Notes: generated by a model from the sequence alone, not told the origin. A DNA stretch of 63,821 nucleotides, filler included, from Blastocystis sp. subtype 4 (GCF_000743755.1; 3 parts of 3 records of this genome joined end to end with filler, not necessarily neighbours in it); one strand, 5' to 3'. Counted from the first letter of the whole stretch, positions 37,130-51,485 are shown. A program made the numbers and translations.

Positions 37130-40100
37130 ATGTCTTCTTCGATCCAGAGTACAGGAGAGATACGCTACCCATACTCACTCCATAGGAAAAACATCTCCCT
37201 ATTCCACGAAAACATGGTGTATCCCCGAACAGAAAGACAAGAAGAATTCCTTGATAAACAAAGATGTGCAGACTACTTGCCATTTCTTCAAGACATACCC
37301 AAATCCTTCTGTTTGTGTAATCGAATTGTATCAAAGCCTACGTCAAGAGTATGGGAAACTGCGCTACGAGTCCTGGTAGGGTGTTTTTGTTTAAGACAAG
37401 CTGTAGAAACGGCCGCAGAGTACAAGAAATATATTGCCGCAGAGAAGGAGGTTTGTAAGTTGTTAATGGAGATTTGTGATTGTTCTAGCGTTAGAATCCG
37501 ACAAATCGCCGCTGAATCCCTCAGATGGAACGCCTCAGCTTTCAGAAGAGGAATTGAAGCGATTAAATAATGAAAACAAAGAAATTCGACTGCTGGTGAA
37601 GATTGACCGGATAAAGGTCCGAAATGTTGGAAGTAATTCCAATCTTTACTGCAAATTTACGTTTGCGGATGTTGCACCTTTGAAGGTATGTTTTGACAGA
37701 CTGATTTATGGTAGACGCATTATCTAATGTCATCGGGGGCGTATTGGAGGTCACAATTCAGCTTCGAGTACATTGCTCATGAGGGTTTGAAATCTTTGCG
37801 TGGTTTCTGCCAATTGTCACTGTTTATATGTAGAAAAGACCCTTGAGATTGAATGCTGGTCTGCCAATCAGCAGCGCGAGTCCGAGACTCTTTTGGGTCG
37901 AGCATCCTTGAGTATTCAGAAACTATGCGAAGGACCCTTTCATGTGGATTATCAGCTCGTAAATGCTAAGTAAGAATATGGAATCTCTTGAATTGAAGAA
38001 ACAATCCAGCAGGACGAATTGGCTTCAACTGTACTATTGAGCAGCAAGCTGTTTGGGGACTGAAATTTATGAAGGCAGTAATTCATCTAAAATATTCTAA
38101 CGAACTGAATTTATTGGATGGCAATTATTGGAGTGTGGTGGTGTCACGAACAAAGAATGATGGAGAAGATGTATATCACAGTACTGATACAAGTATCCCT
38201 GCAGTAACAGATCAACTAACCGAACTCGATGCTGAGCGAAAGGTGTGGTTTAAGATTCTAACTGATTTGTAGTATCAATACGTGTCGTTATCTTGGAATG
38301 AGAATGATCTGTTCACAGTGGGAGCAAGTTGTTCGTTTCGCGAATTCATTCGTGAGCCTCTCAAGTTTCAACTGCGTAATAGCAAAGTATGTGTGTTGAG
38401 ATCATTCCATCATAGGAACCCGGTGCTGCTGCCTCAGTTGTTGTGGGTGAGTGTTGGATTTCGCTGGAGAAAGCCTATTCCTTGTTTCTAGTACTCATGA
38501 ATTGGATGATTTATCATAGCGTCACCCTGATCGTTCAGCGGAACTTCGACACCATCTCTGGGACTTGGGAGTTGTGCTTGGAGATCTCTCGGTATTCTAT
38601 CAATTTAGTGATATCTGTTTGGTCCAACAGATGTTGAGTGGAGTCAATAGTGAACGTGGAATTACTGCTGGTTCCACAGTTATTCTTTCTGTTATAATTT
38701 GTGTTTCCATTCATTCATAGGACATAAGCAGATCACTCTTTCGCCGTGATCAACAAGAAGTTCCTGCTCAGGTTACAGAGATTATGCACTTGTTGATCTT
38801 CCTTTTCTGTTTCATTCGTAGATATCATCAATTCATTGACCTAAAGACCAATCTTGCTCATAACGACAAGGATCAAGTAGATGTATTGGAACGCATTATT
38901 GGATATCTACGGAATACTGATAAGGATTCAATGGTTTCATTCATGTTGGGATTCTTGGTTAGTTTCATTCTAGGTATCAATCGGAAGGGTCTTTATTTAA
39001 GACCAAGTGTATGTTTCTGGATATTTTGGATTCATTATCATCTTCATTATGGGATATGAATTATACTGTGAAGAATGTCGTATTTGAGTTGATATTCCGA
39101 CTCTTGAAACGGAGTGAACTATCGGATTTAACTCTTTTAGGTTGAAATATGAATGAAATATGAGAAATAGGATTTGATCCAGCTAAGACAGATGAACCTC
39201 CAAAGAAAGAAGATGTTGAGTTTGCCGCAAATCTTCGTCGTGTTCTTCTTCATATTCTGAGTGATGTCCTACTGCGTGTATGTTCAAATGCATGATTCTT
39301 ATGTAGATTAATGAGAAAGGTATTAGTCAGCGTCTCTCAGTCTATTGTTCACGAATCATTTCTATTTGTATGTTTCGGATTCCTTCCTTTGGAGATGAAG
39401 TGATTGCTCTTCTATGGGATAAATCCTTGTTATCACAAACAGCACATCTTCCATCAACACCTCAGATTATCTTGAGTAAGGATTATGCTGGGAGTACGTG
39501 CAGTCTCTTTGGCATGCAGAGTCTTTCAATGAGATCTAATTCGGATTCTGATCTGGGAAATATGATGAATGAACATCCTTCTCCTGCTACGATTGGTAAT
39601 AGTGACATGGTAATGTGAAGTATAGAAGATTTGAAGGCTGTAGAAGGAGGAGCTCTGGATTCATCATTTCATGTTACACAACAATGGTTATCGTCAATTC
39701 TTCATACGTGTAAGATTCGTGCTTCATTCTCAGAACGTATACATATGTGAATGAGATGAAGAATAGATATATATGAGAGTAGTGATTTACTTGGGAAAAT
39801 GCTTGATTGGAGACCTGTTGAAAGTGCAATTATGAAGTACAATAAGGAGAATAACTTACCATTGAATGATACAGATTTCTTTCTTTGTATTTCTAATTGA
39901 TTTTGTTAATCATAGTGACAAATGACTGGAAGATTCGAATTAGTATGAAAGGAAATCTGTATTATCTTATTGTGGAAGCATGGCTTCAGAAAGTTCTCTC
40001 TGTTATGACAAATATGCATCGTGAAATTCAGTGGTCCTTAATTCCTGGTTATAATGAATTGTTACTATCCTTTGCTGTTCAATTAGAAGCTGTTCCATTG

Positions 40101-41604
40101 TATGCCTATACAGACTCAATGACCAAAGTTATGCGTACATTTTTGAGCAATGAGAATACTCTAAGTCTCTTTGTTCAAGTCTTGATGTTGAAGACAAGAC
40201 CTTATAGTATTCTTGAAGTATCATATGTTGTGGAGCTCATCGATTCTCTATTCTGTATTTCATTGAGAAATAATATCATACCTAGGTTCGTATCGACGTT
40301 GGTTCGATCGATTAGAGCGTTCACGTCATCCGAACTCTGCTTCTCTGCAAGTACGTTTGCCGAGTGGTTTCTGTGACTATCCATTTGTGGATGGAATTGT
40401 GATGCTTCTGAAGAGTGATATGAATCAAGTAGTTATCAAAGCAATGGAACTGCTGTATCACCACTGGGACTTACTACGTGAGTCTCATCGACATGCCTTC
40501 ATTCAAGTGATGCTCTCAGGAGAAGGTTGTCCGCGACTATTCCTCCATTGGGACGTGAATGTGCGTCAGTTTTTTAATTATCTATTGATCTATCGTTTAT
40601 TGAAAGGTTCGCAAGCAGACCGAAAAGGACGTGTTGATGTATATTCATTCCTACGTGAGTTTACAAAGGGTAATGATTAGAACGATGATTGAGTGATAGT
40701 TCATATCCAGAAGCCTGATAACGTTCACTTAGTACCTGGAGAATCATATCAATTCTTGATTCTCACAGGGAAGATAGAGAAGTCATTCCTTCGTATTTCA
40801 GATCGAGATATCACTGAACTTATTACGGGACATTCAGCATACGAATCATTCATTAGTCGTGCAGATGTGTTTACATTCAATGATTTTGTTGGAGTGATAG
40901 CTTGGAAGTGATGATTAGTGTGTATTCAGCCAGGATGTACTTCAGAACTTCTCCCAACAGACCTGTTCCAACCTTCTCGATTTCCTTCAAATGTTGTGTT
41001 TAGTGTTCCGAGTGAAGGTTGGGAAGAAGGAGTATTTCTGTTGTGACCCTCTGATGCTTGCGGTGAACTATGACTGTTTCCTCTTTAGTCCCAAAAGTCT
41101 GGAATGTTCGTCGTTGTACTATCAAGATCAGATTATTATATCCCGGTTCTTTGGTTTTGTTCGCAATGTGATTGTTGAAGTTATGAATGAGGTATAGATA
41201 CGGAGAATTGTAATTAAACAACTTGACAAAAAGAAGGAAGATTTCCGCGGTTATCAGGCAGCTCTTCAAATGGCAACCACTTGCGTTGGTTTGTTGTGTA
41301 TTCCTAATCGTTAGTGTCATAATGAAGCAATTAACAAATTCAATATGGAGCAGTTAATCATTGACAAGGTTCTTACTGTTGATATGCGTAAGTAATTGGA
41401 TGTGAGATGAATGGTAGGAGCCACATACGAAGAATCACTACGATTGTCAGAAATCATGGATTTAATGTTAACAGAGGAGGAGTATTCTGTAGGCAATGGG
41501 ATTAGCTATAAGAGTAGATACAAGAGAAGCGATATCCATATGCATTCCAAGCGGTCTTCACTTATGATGATCTTTTTAAGAAGCATGTAAAAGAGAATGC
41601 ATGA
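37130..41604 (+). CDS. Large multi-exon protein with N-terminal C2 domain(s) and DUF1765-like helical region
   Basis: VKIDRIKVRNV..LYCKF..LEIECW..LLGRASL (C2); LFLHWDVNVRQFFNYLLIYRL resembles DUF1765; more than 20 micro-introns, may be more than one gene. Confidence 0.55.
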
Positions 41605-41814
41605 CTTAAGCCATAGGAACGTGATCAGGCAAGAAACAACAACGAAGCACCTTTTTTGCATTGGCAAACTGTCTTCCCTACGAGTCTGCTTTCGTCATGG
41701 GATTAGTTTTATATTATTTCTCTTTGTTGGAGTCAGAGAATTTGAAATAGTAAATTATAACAATAGGGCCCCAAAGTTTATAGAATAGGGTCTTTTCTCA
41801 TTTATCGTATTGTG

Positions 41815-43595
41815 ATGAATGATCTTGAATTGAAAAAGAAGAAACGTATTTCTTTCAAGAAGATTGTGAAATCGTTGCCTTACAAAGCTATCATTGCGTT
41901 TCTATTTGCTTCAACTGCCCTTGCTTTTGGATTGTATTATATATACAACGATGTACATAATGCCTGGTTGAGTCAAAATATAGAGTATTGTTACTCGAAT
42001 CAGTACCGCCACTTACCGCGTGGATGAGACGTATGGAGATTTCACTCCAGGAACTGTTGTGTCGTTAAATAGTGAAGGTAAATTAATCAAACAGTCTGGG
42101 ACAACGGTATACAAGAATCAGTATGTATTCGAGACAACCATGCTCAATGCCCAAGCCATTTCGCTTGCAGATGATATTCTTGTAATTGTTTATCATGGTA
42201 AACTGACAGCAATGAAGTTGGGTGACAAGGATCAGGTGATGATAGAAAAGGAGGTGGAACTTCCAAGAGGTCAAATCGGGAAACAACGACAGATTGATTG
42301 TGCAGTGCGGGTACCGAATACCAATCAAATTTTGATTGTCGGTTCTTCTGAGGTGGTTCCTGCAATCATCACATATGGAAACTACGAGTTCCAGATTACC
42401 TTTGGAATGCCTCAGGAGTATTATTTCTCTCCCCTTGATTTACATCCTGAAGTATCTGTTTCAGGGGATCGTTTGGCCATTCTATTCACAGACAACGACT
42501 ACAATATCCGATTAATAACTGCAACAGCTAATCTCACTACAAATTCTGTTACAATAACCTCCTCAGATGTAATCGCCGAGAGTGCTTCTGTGTACGCTGT
42601 CTCTTATGTTCGTCCTTCTGTGATTGTAATTGGTTATTCGAATTCCTCCTTCATTCAGACTGTTGTTGGAATAGAAGAGAGAACAACATCTGGAAGCTAT
42701 TTCCTTTCCTTTGAAGAGTCCATATCAATCGATTGTGCACACATAGTATCCTTCTTGGAGATAGATTCATGGAATCACTTTGTGGAGAATAATCACAATA
42801 TTGTGGTTGCTTACATTACAGATGATGAAGGAGATGGTCTTATTATCCGTCATCTTCGGGTAGACAACGACAGTGTGTTGCGTTTAGGTCCACGCATGAA
42901 CAACAAGAACAGTGGTGTTTCAGACATTGATACTCATGGCATTCACCACCTAGCAATACTAATGCTTCAGAACTCCAAATTCTTGGTTGATGTCATTGTT
43001 GATTGTGAGTTATAGGTATATTATTCTAGTATTATCAATAACGGATTTACTGCTTTGCAGGTAGGATATTTGACTCCTACATTGGAGTTGATTAGTGATG
43101 GACCTCAATTTATTGTTTCTCGAGGTGTTTCGGACATTGTATATAGAATTTCAGTTAAATAACGTGTAGAATAGAGAGTACTATTATGTATCTGCTTCAG
43201 AATCGGGTCATAGGATTCTCCTTGTTGAAAGTTTACATCGGTACTTGGTACTGTCCCTTCATTTGAATGAATGATAGTCGGTTGATACGTCTATCAGTTA
43301 TCTAGATATCTACAATCGGCCCCTAGGGATTGTATCTTCATCCAGAAAGGGCTATGCAACAGTAGTGACTCAGGGTGTTTTTGAGATTCCTTTTTCAAAA
43401 GGAAAGGTGACTCCATTGAAATACTATTATAGCAATTCCAGAGGAGAATATATTGCAGGCGAGTGGATCGGAATGAGGGGAATGGAGAGTTATTATGTGT
43501 ACATAGAAAATGATGAAGTTAAAATGCTAACTGATACTCGCAATCGCATTGGCTATTCAATTAGTGGCTTAAAGATGATGGTCCAGCCAAAATGA
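41815..43595 (+). CDS. Type II membrane protein with beta-rich ectodomain, unknown
   Basis: Basic N-terminus then TM AIIAFLFASTALAFGLYYI; long ORF 42020-43015; TGA 43593-43595 then TGTTTGTT. Confidence 0.6.
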
Positions 43596-43675
43596 AGTGT
43601 TTGTTGATAAGCCAAATTTTGATGGTCCAAAATCGGCCATATTTTATTCCAAGTGTTTAACCTTATACAAAGAAA

Positions 43676-44541
43676 ATGTCCACCAAGATCTTTGTGGCTG
43701 GTCTCCCTAGTGATGTCCGCGAGTCGGAACTTCGAGATATCTTCAGTAAAGTAAGTTTCGGTTTCTTTTTATGAAAGCTAGTATGGAGGCATCAGAGACG
43801 TTGCAATTAAGGCTCAAGGTCGTTATCCCTTTGCTTTTGTGGATTTCGAAGATGCAAAAATGGCCGAAGAGGCTGTTAAAGGAGAAGTCCACAGAGACTT
43901 CAATGGTCAGACACTCCGAGTGGAAATTGCAACTGGAAAGTCAAGTGCACGTCGTGATGGAAGAGATAGTAAATATGGTCCTCCTAAGAGAACCGATTAT
44001 CGTGTGGAGGTAACTCATATCCCTTATCACTGCAGTTGGCAGGTATAACATTAGGAGATGGTATAAAATATAGGACTTGAAAGATCACATGAGAAAGGAG
44101 GGCGATGTTGGTTACTGCAGCATTCATGGAGACGTCGGATATGTTGAGTATATTCACTACGACGACATGAAGCATGCACTAAAGTATCTGGATGATACAA
44201 AGCTAGTCTGTGGTAGTGAGAGTTCCTATATTCGTGTCCGACGTTGTCGCGATCGAAGCAGATCGCGCTCTTTGCATGGTCGTGATCGAAGCCGCTCTCG
44301 TGAAGATCGCAATCGTTCTAGTCGTGACGAGAAGAGCAGATCAGGATCGAGAAAGTCTTCCGAGAAACGCGAGGCTTCTCGAAGCAGATCCAAATCGCCA
44401 ACGGCCACAAGCAATCCTCGTGCCTCTCGTTCCGGATCGAGACGTTCGGCTTCTGGATCAGCCCGCTCCCGTTCTGGATCAAGACGCTCACCCTCTGGTT
44501 CACGCTCCCGCTCCAATTCTGCCCGTTCTGATAGAGATTAA
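43676..44541 (+). CDS. SR splicing factor, SRSF1/SRSF9-like (RRM, pseudo-RRM, RS domain)
   Basis: [51 protein letters not shown] tail. Confidence 0.9.
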
Positions 44542-44614
44542 TCCATTGGAAAATTTGTAATGATGTTTGATCATAACAAAAGGAATAGAAGAGTAAGGCT
44601 TGAATGACCCTAGT

Positions 44615-44845
44615 TTAGTGGTACTACAACTAAGCATAGAAAACAAATAAGGTACATGGATGAATCCAATCTTAGGAGCTTGCTCGCGGAAACAACGTCT
44701 GCAGAGCATAAGATCGTACTTGCGGATCAAACCACGACGGTTACCACACGCACGGCTAGAATATCAACTGATTCAAACTATAAACGTACCAACAGCGAGA
44801 ACCCGGACCATATTCACGAGGATGACTGTAGTCAAGACTAGGCAT
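44615..44845 (-). CDS. RPS29: 40S ribosomal protein S29
   Basis: [44 protein letters not shown]; two introns. Confidence 0.95.
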
Positions 44846-45019
44846 TCTTTCTACAAACATTGATTAGAAATTTGTCTCTCGAAACCCCAAACCAACTTAC
44901 GATGAGCACTAACTCTTTATTTGAAGAAGAAAACCGAAAGGTGCTAAGAATGCAGTTATTCCCGTGAGTATGTGAAATCGCGGGAAATCCCTATGAATCA
45001 TTGACAACTGCGAATAAAC

Positions 45020-47882
45020 ATGGTTTCAAGTTATTTGTTACTTCTGTTTGTCGCAAGCAGTATGTAGAGGACAACGAGAGTCACTTTGTAGCGGTTGTGC
45101 TCGGTGATCCTGCGGAGATCAGTATCAATATTCCTGTAAATGGAACTATTGGCGCCAAAACAACTCTTCAGTTTCAACTGAACAATACTCAGGCTCAGGA
45201 TTGGCAATTTGTCTCTTTTGCATTTCAACTAGACAGGTGAGAAGTGTAATTACTGTTTTATGTAGTGCCAACCACAAAAGAGGAGAGGAAGTTGGACATG
45301 TCAAGTACTACTGCGAAACTAACATAGTAGAATCGTTGAGATGAATTTTTGCAATAATGGATAGTTCTCTCCTTAATGGAATCCCTCTTGCTCGTTTTTC
45401 TCCAACAACACACTGTAAAGATGTCAATCACATTGAATTGAACAGTGATTCGGATCATGATATGAAATATTGGTTGATTGTAGCAGATATCGATCGTATG
45501 TAGAGATGGTTTGTTTGCGATCTAGAACCCATGTACAATCTCCTAGATAACAGTTTCTTTTCGTCTGCTCTTTCCGGCCAGTCCCAGTACGAGTTTGTCT
45601 CGTTTCAAGGTTTTGTCGAACTATTTTGTGTCAATGACAAGTAGATTGGTGATGATAGTATTGCAGGAGGAGCTATCGATGTCGTAAACATCACCATCAA
45701 ATATGATGCTTTTTCTTCTTCTTCGATTCGTGCTTTTGTTTCAGAGTACCCTCGTCCTGTTGAGATTCGTCCAAAACAGTAGTCTTTCTTTCTCATTTCA
45801 ATTTAAGTCTGCAGAAGGTGGATAATCAGTTGGTTGTGTCATTAGACCGAAATGATCCATTATTCTGTCATAACTGCAGTCGTTATGTGCATATAATCGT
45901 TGATAATGCTCAGAAGGCTTTTGTTGACTTCTCCATTGACTTCCATGTTGATCGTGATTTAGTTTATCTGGAGCCCCACAAAACAGTGACTGGAAGCGTG
46001 ATGCCTGATAATCATGGGCAACATTTCATTATGGACCTGCGATATTTGGAGTATGATACAGATATTCGTATCGTTGTGAAGAAGTTAGATCAACCTGAGA
46101 TTCCTGTGTATGTAGACTTGTCATTAACTGTAAGCAATGGAAGGATCAATAAGCAATAGTCATTTGATGATGGTAGTTGGGATACAATTAAGACATTAAC
46201 TATGACTGGATTGGAAGAATTTTCATGGGGTTTAGAACGACATGAAGAAGGATATAAAGTTGGTACTGTGTACTATATCCGAGTACGAACAGAACAAACT
46301 ACAGCAACAGCTTGTGGTTTTACTCTTATGTTCAATCAAGATCCAGGTATGTTTTATGTATTGATATGAAGTAGTTCCTTTTCAGTATATTTATACTGGA
46401 GTGAATCGTCATATGGTTACATCAAATGGAGATCTTCATATCTCATATTATGCTGTGAATATCCCTCGTGAAGACTTTATTGATGTGACAGGTGTTATTA
46501 TCTCAATCAATAATATCTCATATACATGGAATCCAAGTCCTGTTTATTGTTATGGCTTTGACATGTATTTGGGTGATGCTCCATCTGATATGATGATCAA
46601 TCCTCAGGATCCAACTTCCTATTCATTCCATTCTTGGTATGTTTATAAGTCTCAAGACACTATCATGATTACTGAAAATGAAGAAGGATGGTGCACTGGA
46701 TGCAAATTTGGAGTTGTGATGAGAACGCAGAATGAAACTCATTGGACTGTGACTGCAGATTTGATGTATACGCCATTCATGTTGCAACCAAATACTCCAA
46801 AGACAGGTCGATTAGCACCTTTTGTAGGAGGAGTTCACACCTATTTCTATTTATATCAGAAGGAATATCATCCTGTGACAATCACTGTGGTTCGTGCTTC
46901 TGTTACCGATCCTCACATTGTGCTGTATGTCTCAACACTTCCAAATGCCTCTGTTACCAACCACATGTGGTCTGATTCAACATTGGGAGATAACACAGCA
47001 GATGTGAAGCTATCTCGAGACCATCCAAACTACTGTGGAAACTGTAAGTATTATATTGGAGTGTATTATTTGGACGATGAGAAGGAAGGAACAGATATAT
47101 CAATAACTGTGAGTGTGGATTGTCCTGAGAACTCTTGTGCTGTCTGCAAAGATGGATTTGATCCTTCTACGGATTGTATGCAGTGTCTTCCTGGATACTA
47201 TGGAGAGAACTGTTCAAAGTGTCCTGATTGTAACCATGGAAGCTGTAATGATGGGAAGACTGGAAATGGAAGATGTGTCTGTAATGAGGGCTGGGGTCCT
47301 GCTGAACAATGCACGCAGTGTCTTGAAGGATATTGGGGATTGTCATGTGAGGCATGTCCTTCATGTCATAATCACGGAAAATGTGATGATGGGTTCCATG
47401 GAACAGGAAACTGTGTCTGTGATACCAACTTTGATCAGCGGATTGACTGTGAAAATTGCATCCCTGGATACTATGGAGAGAAATGTTCAGATATCTGTCC
47501 TTCGAGCAATGATTATGTGTGTAGTAATCATGGTGTCTGTAATGATGGTACCTTGGGGAATGGATATTGTAAGTGTAATGAAGGATTTACTGGGATCAAA
47601 TGCGATACGCTTTATACAGAGGATCGTTGCAATCCCCATTGTGTAGTGGATCAAGGTGCTTGTGATGAGGACAAAGCTGTGTGTGTATGTCTTAAGGGAT
47701 ACACAGGCAAAGACTGTGGTGATTCAGGGAATACTTCAAGAATGGTCTTCTATATGACTCTTTTGTGTGTTGTAATTGTGATAGCTCTTGTTGTTGCTGT
47801 CTTGTGTATAGTCAAATTCCCAAAGAAACCAAGTAAGAAGCATTCTCCTACGTCCACAGATCCACTACTAAATAGTCCTTAA
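45020..47882 (+). CDS. Type I surface protein with EGF/laminin-EGF-like repeats
   Basis: Repeated CxxHGxCxDGxxGxGxCxC units, C-terminal TM and short tail; 5' exons approximate. Confidence 0.8.
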
Positions 47883-47965
47883 ACAATCTTTGTTAAAACA
47901 AACATTACAGGCCTGAAATAGGTGAAAAGAACAAATCTAGATTACGTAATACCGATAAGAAGTGC

Positions 47966-48958
47966 TTAGAAGATCTTATTCATAACTGCCTTACTCTGCT
48001 CATAGCAAACGAAACAAGCAGCATTACCAACAAAAGCACGAATAATGCAAGGAGTGAAACCAGGGAAGAAGGCCTTCACTCCACCCTTAGCATAAATCGA
48101 TTTTGCACATTCAATGAATCCCTTCACCTCACGTTCTGACTTCACAAGAGGCTGAACCTGAAGAGTTGACTTCACAATATCCAAGGGGTAGATACAGCCC
48201 CAATAAGCAACTCCAGCCACACCTCCAGCCATAAACTGCGTGAATGATCCCTGGTACTGCATATCAGAAAGAGGTTGATCCTTCTTCAAAAGAGCGCGAC
48301 GATAAAGTTCGTAGAAACCGAAATACAAAGACACACCAATCGTATCACGAATTAGAGTAGTGCAGAATCCCTGCCAACAACCCAGAATTCCGTTCGTCTT
48401 AATAATCTGCTTGATAGCACCTGTAACAGTTGTGAACTGAGCCTTGTACTCTGGATTATCCTTGGCACGGACAATCTGAACCTGGAGCTGAGACTTGAAC
48501 AAATCCATAGGTGTCTCCACAAATGTGACTGAAACTCCAGTAATGGCTCCAGCGATAAAGGTGTCACGAATCGAGAGAATCTCTCCATGACCAATAGCCT
48601 CCTTCATCTGACCATACACAATGAACTGCACAGCGTTGAACAGCATATTACCTAAGTATCATTACCCACAGAAATATCTCACCCCACAAAGGAGAAATGA
48701 AGCCCTTGTACAATCCACCAACTCCTTCCCACTTCAGTGTCTTCTTGATGCAGTCAGACATACCCGTGTAAATGGGATTCTTCGGATTCTGAGTCTGGAG
48801 ACGTGCAACATTAAGGGCGCTAAATGTAGTTGACTTCTTAGGATATGGACTTTAATAGTATCGAAGGGGTGGCCAACAGCAACAATACCAATTCCTCCAA
48901 AACATCCAGCGATCAAATCTTTAGCCAGAATACGGGCAGGTGAATCTCTCTTGCTCAT
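47966..48958 (-). CDS. Mitochondrial carrier (SLC25), carnitine/ornithine-carrier-like
   Basis: Three PxDxxK signatures: [30 protein letters not shown]. Confidence 0.93.
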
Positions 48959-49165
48959 TCCTCAATGGAGTTAGCAAACAAAAAGCTAATGGAAACAAAA
49001 AGTGTGGTTCGTCGAAACGGGGAAAGGTGGAAAGCGTGTGCGGTTTGCGCCACCTTCAATGTTTTCGATATTCTACTCTGTTTCTTCTCTCAAAATACTC
49101 ACTTGGATCATAGAAACGAAACGAAATTTTCCCAGAAGAGTTATTTCATAATCACATGAAGTCCT

Positions 49166-51155
49166 ATGAGTGAATCTAGTACTTCTACCGAGTCAAGTAC
49201 AAATGTTGTATGACAGCTAAGAGGGATTGAAATGAAGATGACTCCGATGTCTCTGTCGGACTACAACCATGACATGAATATGTTAAATAGTAATGCAAAT
49301 GCTCGAGTACTAGATAACTATAACTACAACTTTCAAGATTTGCAGAATAAGTTTTCAGATGTCACATTGTGAGTACTGTGAGTCATATATTATGTGTAGC
49401 CAACAAAGTACAATGGAAGATGACTTCCTGTCGTTAATGTCGACTTACTATGATATGACACCAGATCGTATTACAAACGTTTCTATCGATTGTTTTCTTT
49501 TATATCTAGATTTTTAATCAATATGATCTCAACAAGGATGGAACGGTGAGTTATCAGGAATGCAACCGGATTTTGAGTCTGTTTGGAGTAACCATGAAAG
49601 ACCAGATCTTCGATTTGTTAGTTCGTCAAGTCGATCGTGATCAGTCAGGAGGTCTCTCTCTGAATGAGTTTGCAGTTGTAGAAACTGTTATCAAGATGCT
49701 AATGTAGATGCTCCAGCGTTTGAAAATGTTATCGCTCTTCGATCCATCGGTGACCGAACAACTGTTAGGGTTTATATTCAAATAAAATCTGACTTGCAGA
49801 GATAGAACTTTGGGCACTTTGAGCCACCTCAGTTACAACTCGACTCGAGTTGAGCTTGAGCGTCCTGTTCTCGTATTCTTTCGAAATGAACATGAATTGT
49901 AGGGAATCGAAACATTCTTTATGAATCCAGATCCAGTATGGTCAATTGTGAATTGGGTTCATCTCTCCTATGCCGAACCTCTCTCGATTCAACGCCTCGG
50001 TGTTCGTTATCGTCTCCATCCTCTGGTCGTGGAAGATCTAGTGTATCGAGAAGATCGTGCAAAAGTTGATAAATACAAGACTCATCTTCTAATTACAATT
50101 CCATTGATCTCATATCATCCATATCATGATTCAGTCATGGAATTTATGTTAGCTGATGGTAGTCAAGAAGAGCTTAACCTAGATTCATATGTGTCCCCTC
50201 TTTCTCTTCCAGGTGACTTAGATAGACCTCGAAAGCTCGCTTCAAAGAATACCCCAATTCAGCACCATCAATCCTTCATCGATCATACAACCTATACAAT
50301 GGATTCTAGTCAATCCCAGTTGAGCCATTTAGTAATTGAGCCTTTGAACATTGTATTTGTGTTCACAAATCCGTGGACTAAGTCTAGTCATGCTGTGCTC
50401 ACATTTACACAACAAGAAGAGAAGGAGATGTGGGAGTACATGAATCGTCTGATCAGCAACAAGAATAACCGTGGGAGAATCGAAGGTGGATCATATATGG
50501 TATATGCTCTTCTTGATTATGTGGTTCGTTCAATTGCTCTTCATAATATTAAGGTTGATTCTTATGTGGATGTGTTGAAATCGTTTGCTGAGGAGATTCG
50601 ACAGGTGGAACTGACAGTTGATAAATCTTCTTCTATTTACCAAGTATGGATGCTTTTTGGAATCCAAATAATAGTCAGTATTATTGTCAAGAGAGTTAGA
50701 TTCATTTCAGAATCGAATCCAACCTCTCCTTACAATCATATCTGATCTTCAGGCTGATTCTGTCATATCTCATCGAGTATCCATTTACCTAAATGATGTG
50801 AAGGACCATGTCCAACAAGTATCTGTTCGTTATGAATTCCATATAGTTGCTAAATGACATTCAATACTGTTCTAATCGTAGCAACAATGTCTACAATTTG
50901 GTTCAATCGATGCGTGCAAAGAGACAGGATCGGATTCTTCTCATTTTAACTCTCATTACTGCATTTTTCACTCCTATTTCGTTTCTAGCAGGTGTGTATG
51001 GAATGAATTTCGATTACATGCCAGTAGTCAGATATTTCTGTGATCATTTGTAGAGTCTTCATTGGAAATTTGGATATTTGTATTTTTGGATCTATGTAGT
51101 TATTATTGTTCTTGTTTTGTCAGTTTCTTTACGGTATATTATGAAGAAAGTATAG
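49166..51155 (+). CDS. CorA-family Mg2+ transporter with N-terminal EF-hand pair
   Basis: DLNKDGTVSYQE and DRDQSGGLSLNEF loops; LHPLVVED, RAKVD, YALLD, GVYGMNFDYMP..LHWKFGY. Confidence 0.88.
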
Positions 51156-51233
51156 ATAGTGTACTGTTGCTTCAAAACACAAGGAATAGTATGAATAAGG
51201 AAACAGTTATTAGTTACGAGAAAAGGAAAAAAG

Positions 51234-51322
51234 TCCGAGCTGCAGGAATCGAACCAGCGACCCTTAGATTGCTGCGGAGCAGCCACTACAGTCTAACGCT
51301 CTACCAACTGAGCTAAGCTCGG
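51234..51322 (-). tRNA. tRNA-Tyr(GTA) with 16-nt intron (51270-51285)
   Basis: CCGAGCT/AGCTCGG acceptor stem, TTAGA-CTGTAG[intron]A-TCTAA anticodon arm, GTTCGATTC T loop. Confidence 0.95.
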
Positions 51323-51485
51323 TCTTGTATTCTGACAATTCCCTTATAAGCCCTACAATTTGCTGCTGTTCTCATTTCATCTTCCTGAGATAATTCCAAT
51401 CAAATAAGTATACTAATATCATTAGCTCCCTTAGTTGTAGTGGAACAGAATCCATTTCTGAAGAAAAGTGCTCAAAACCGGGCGA

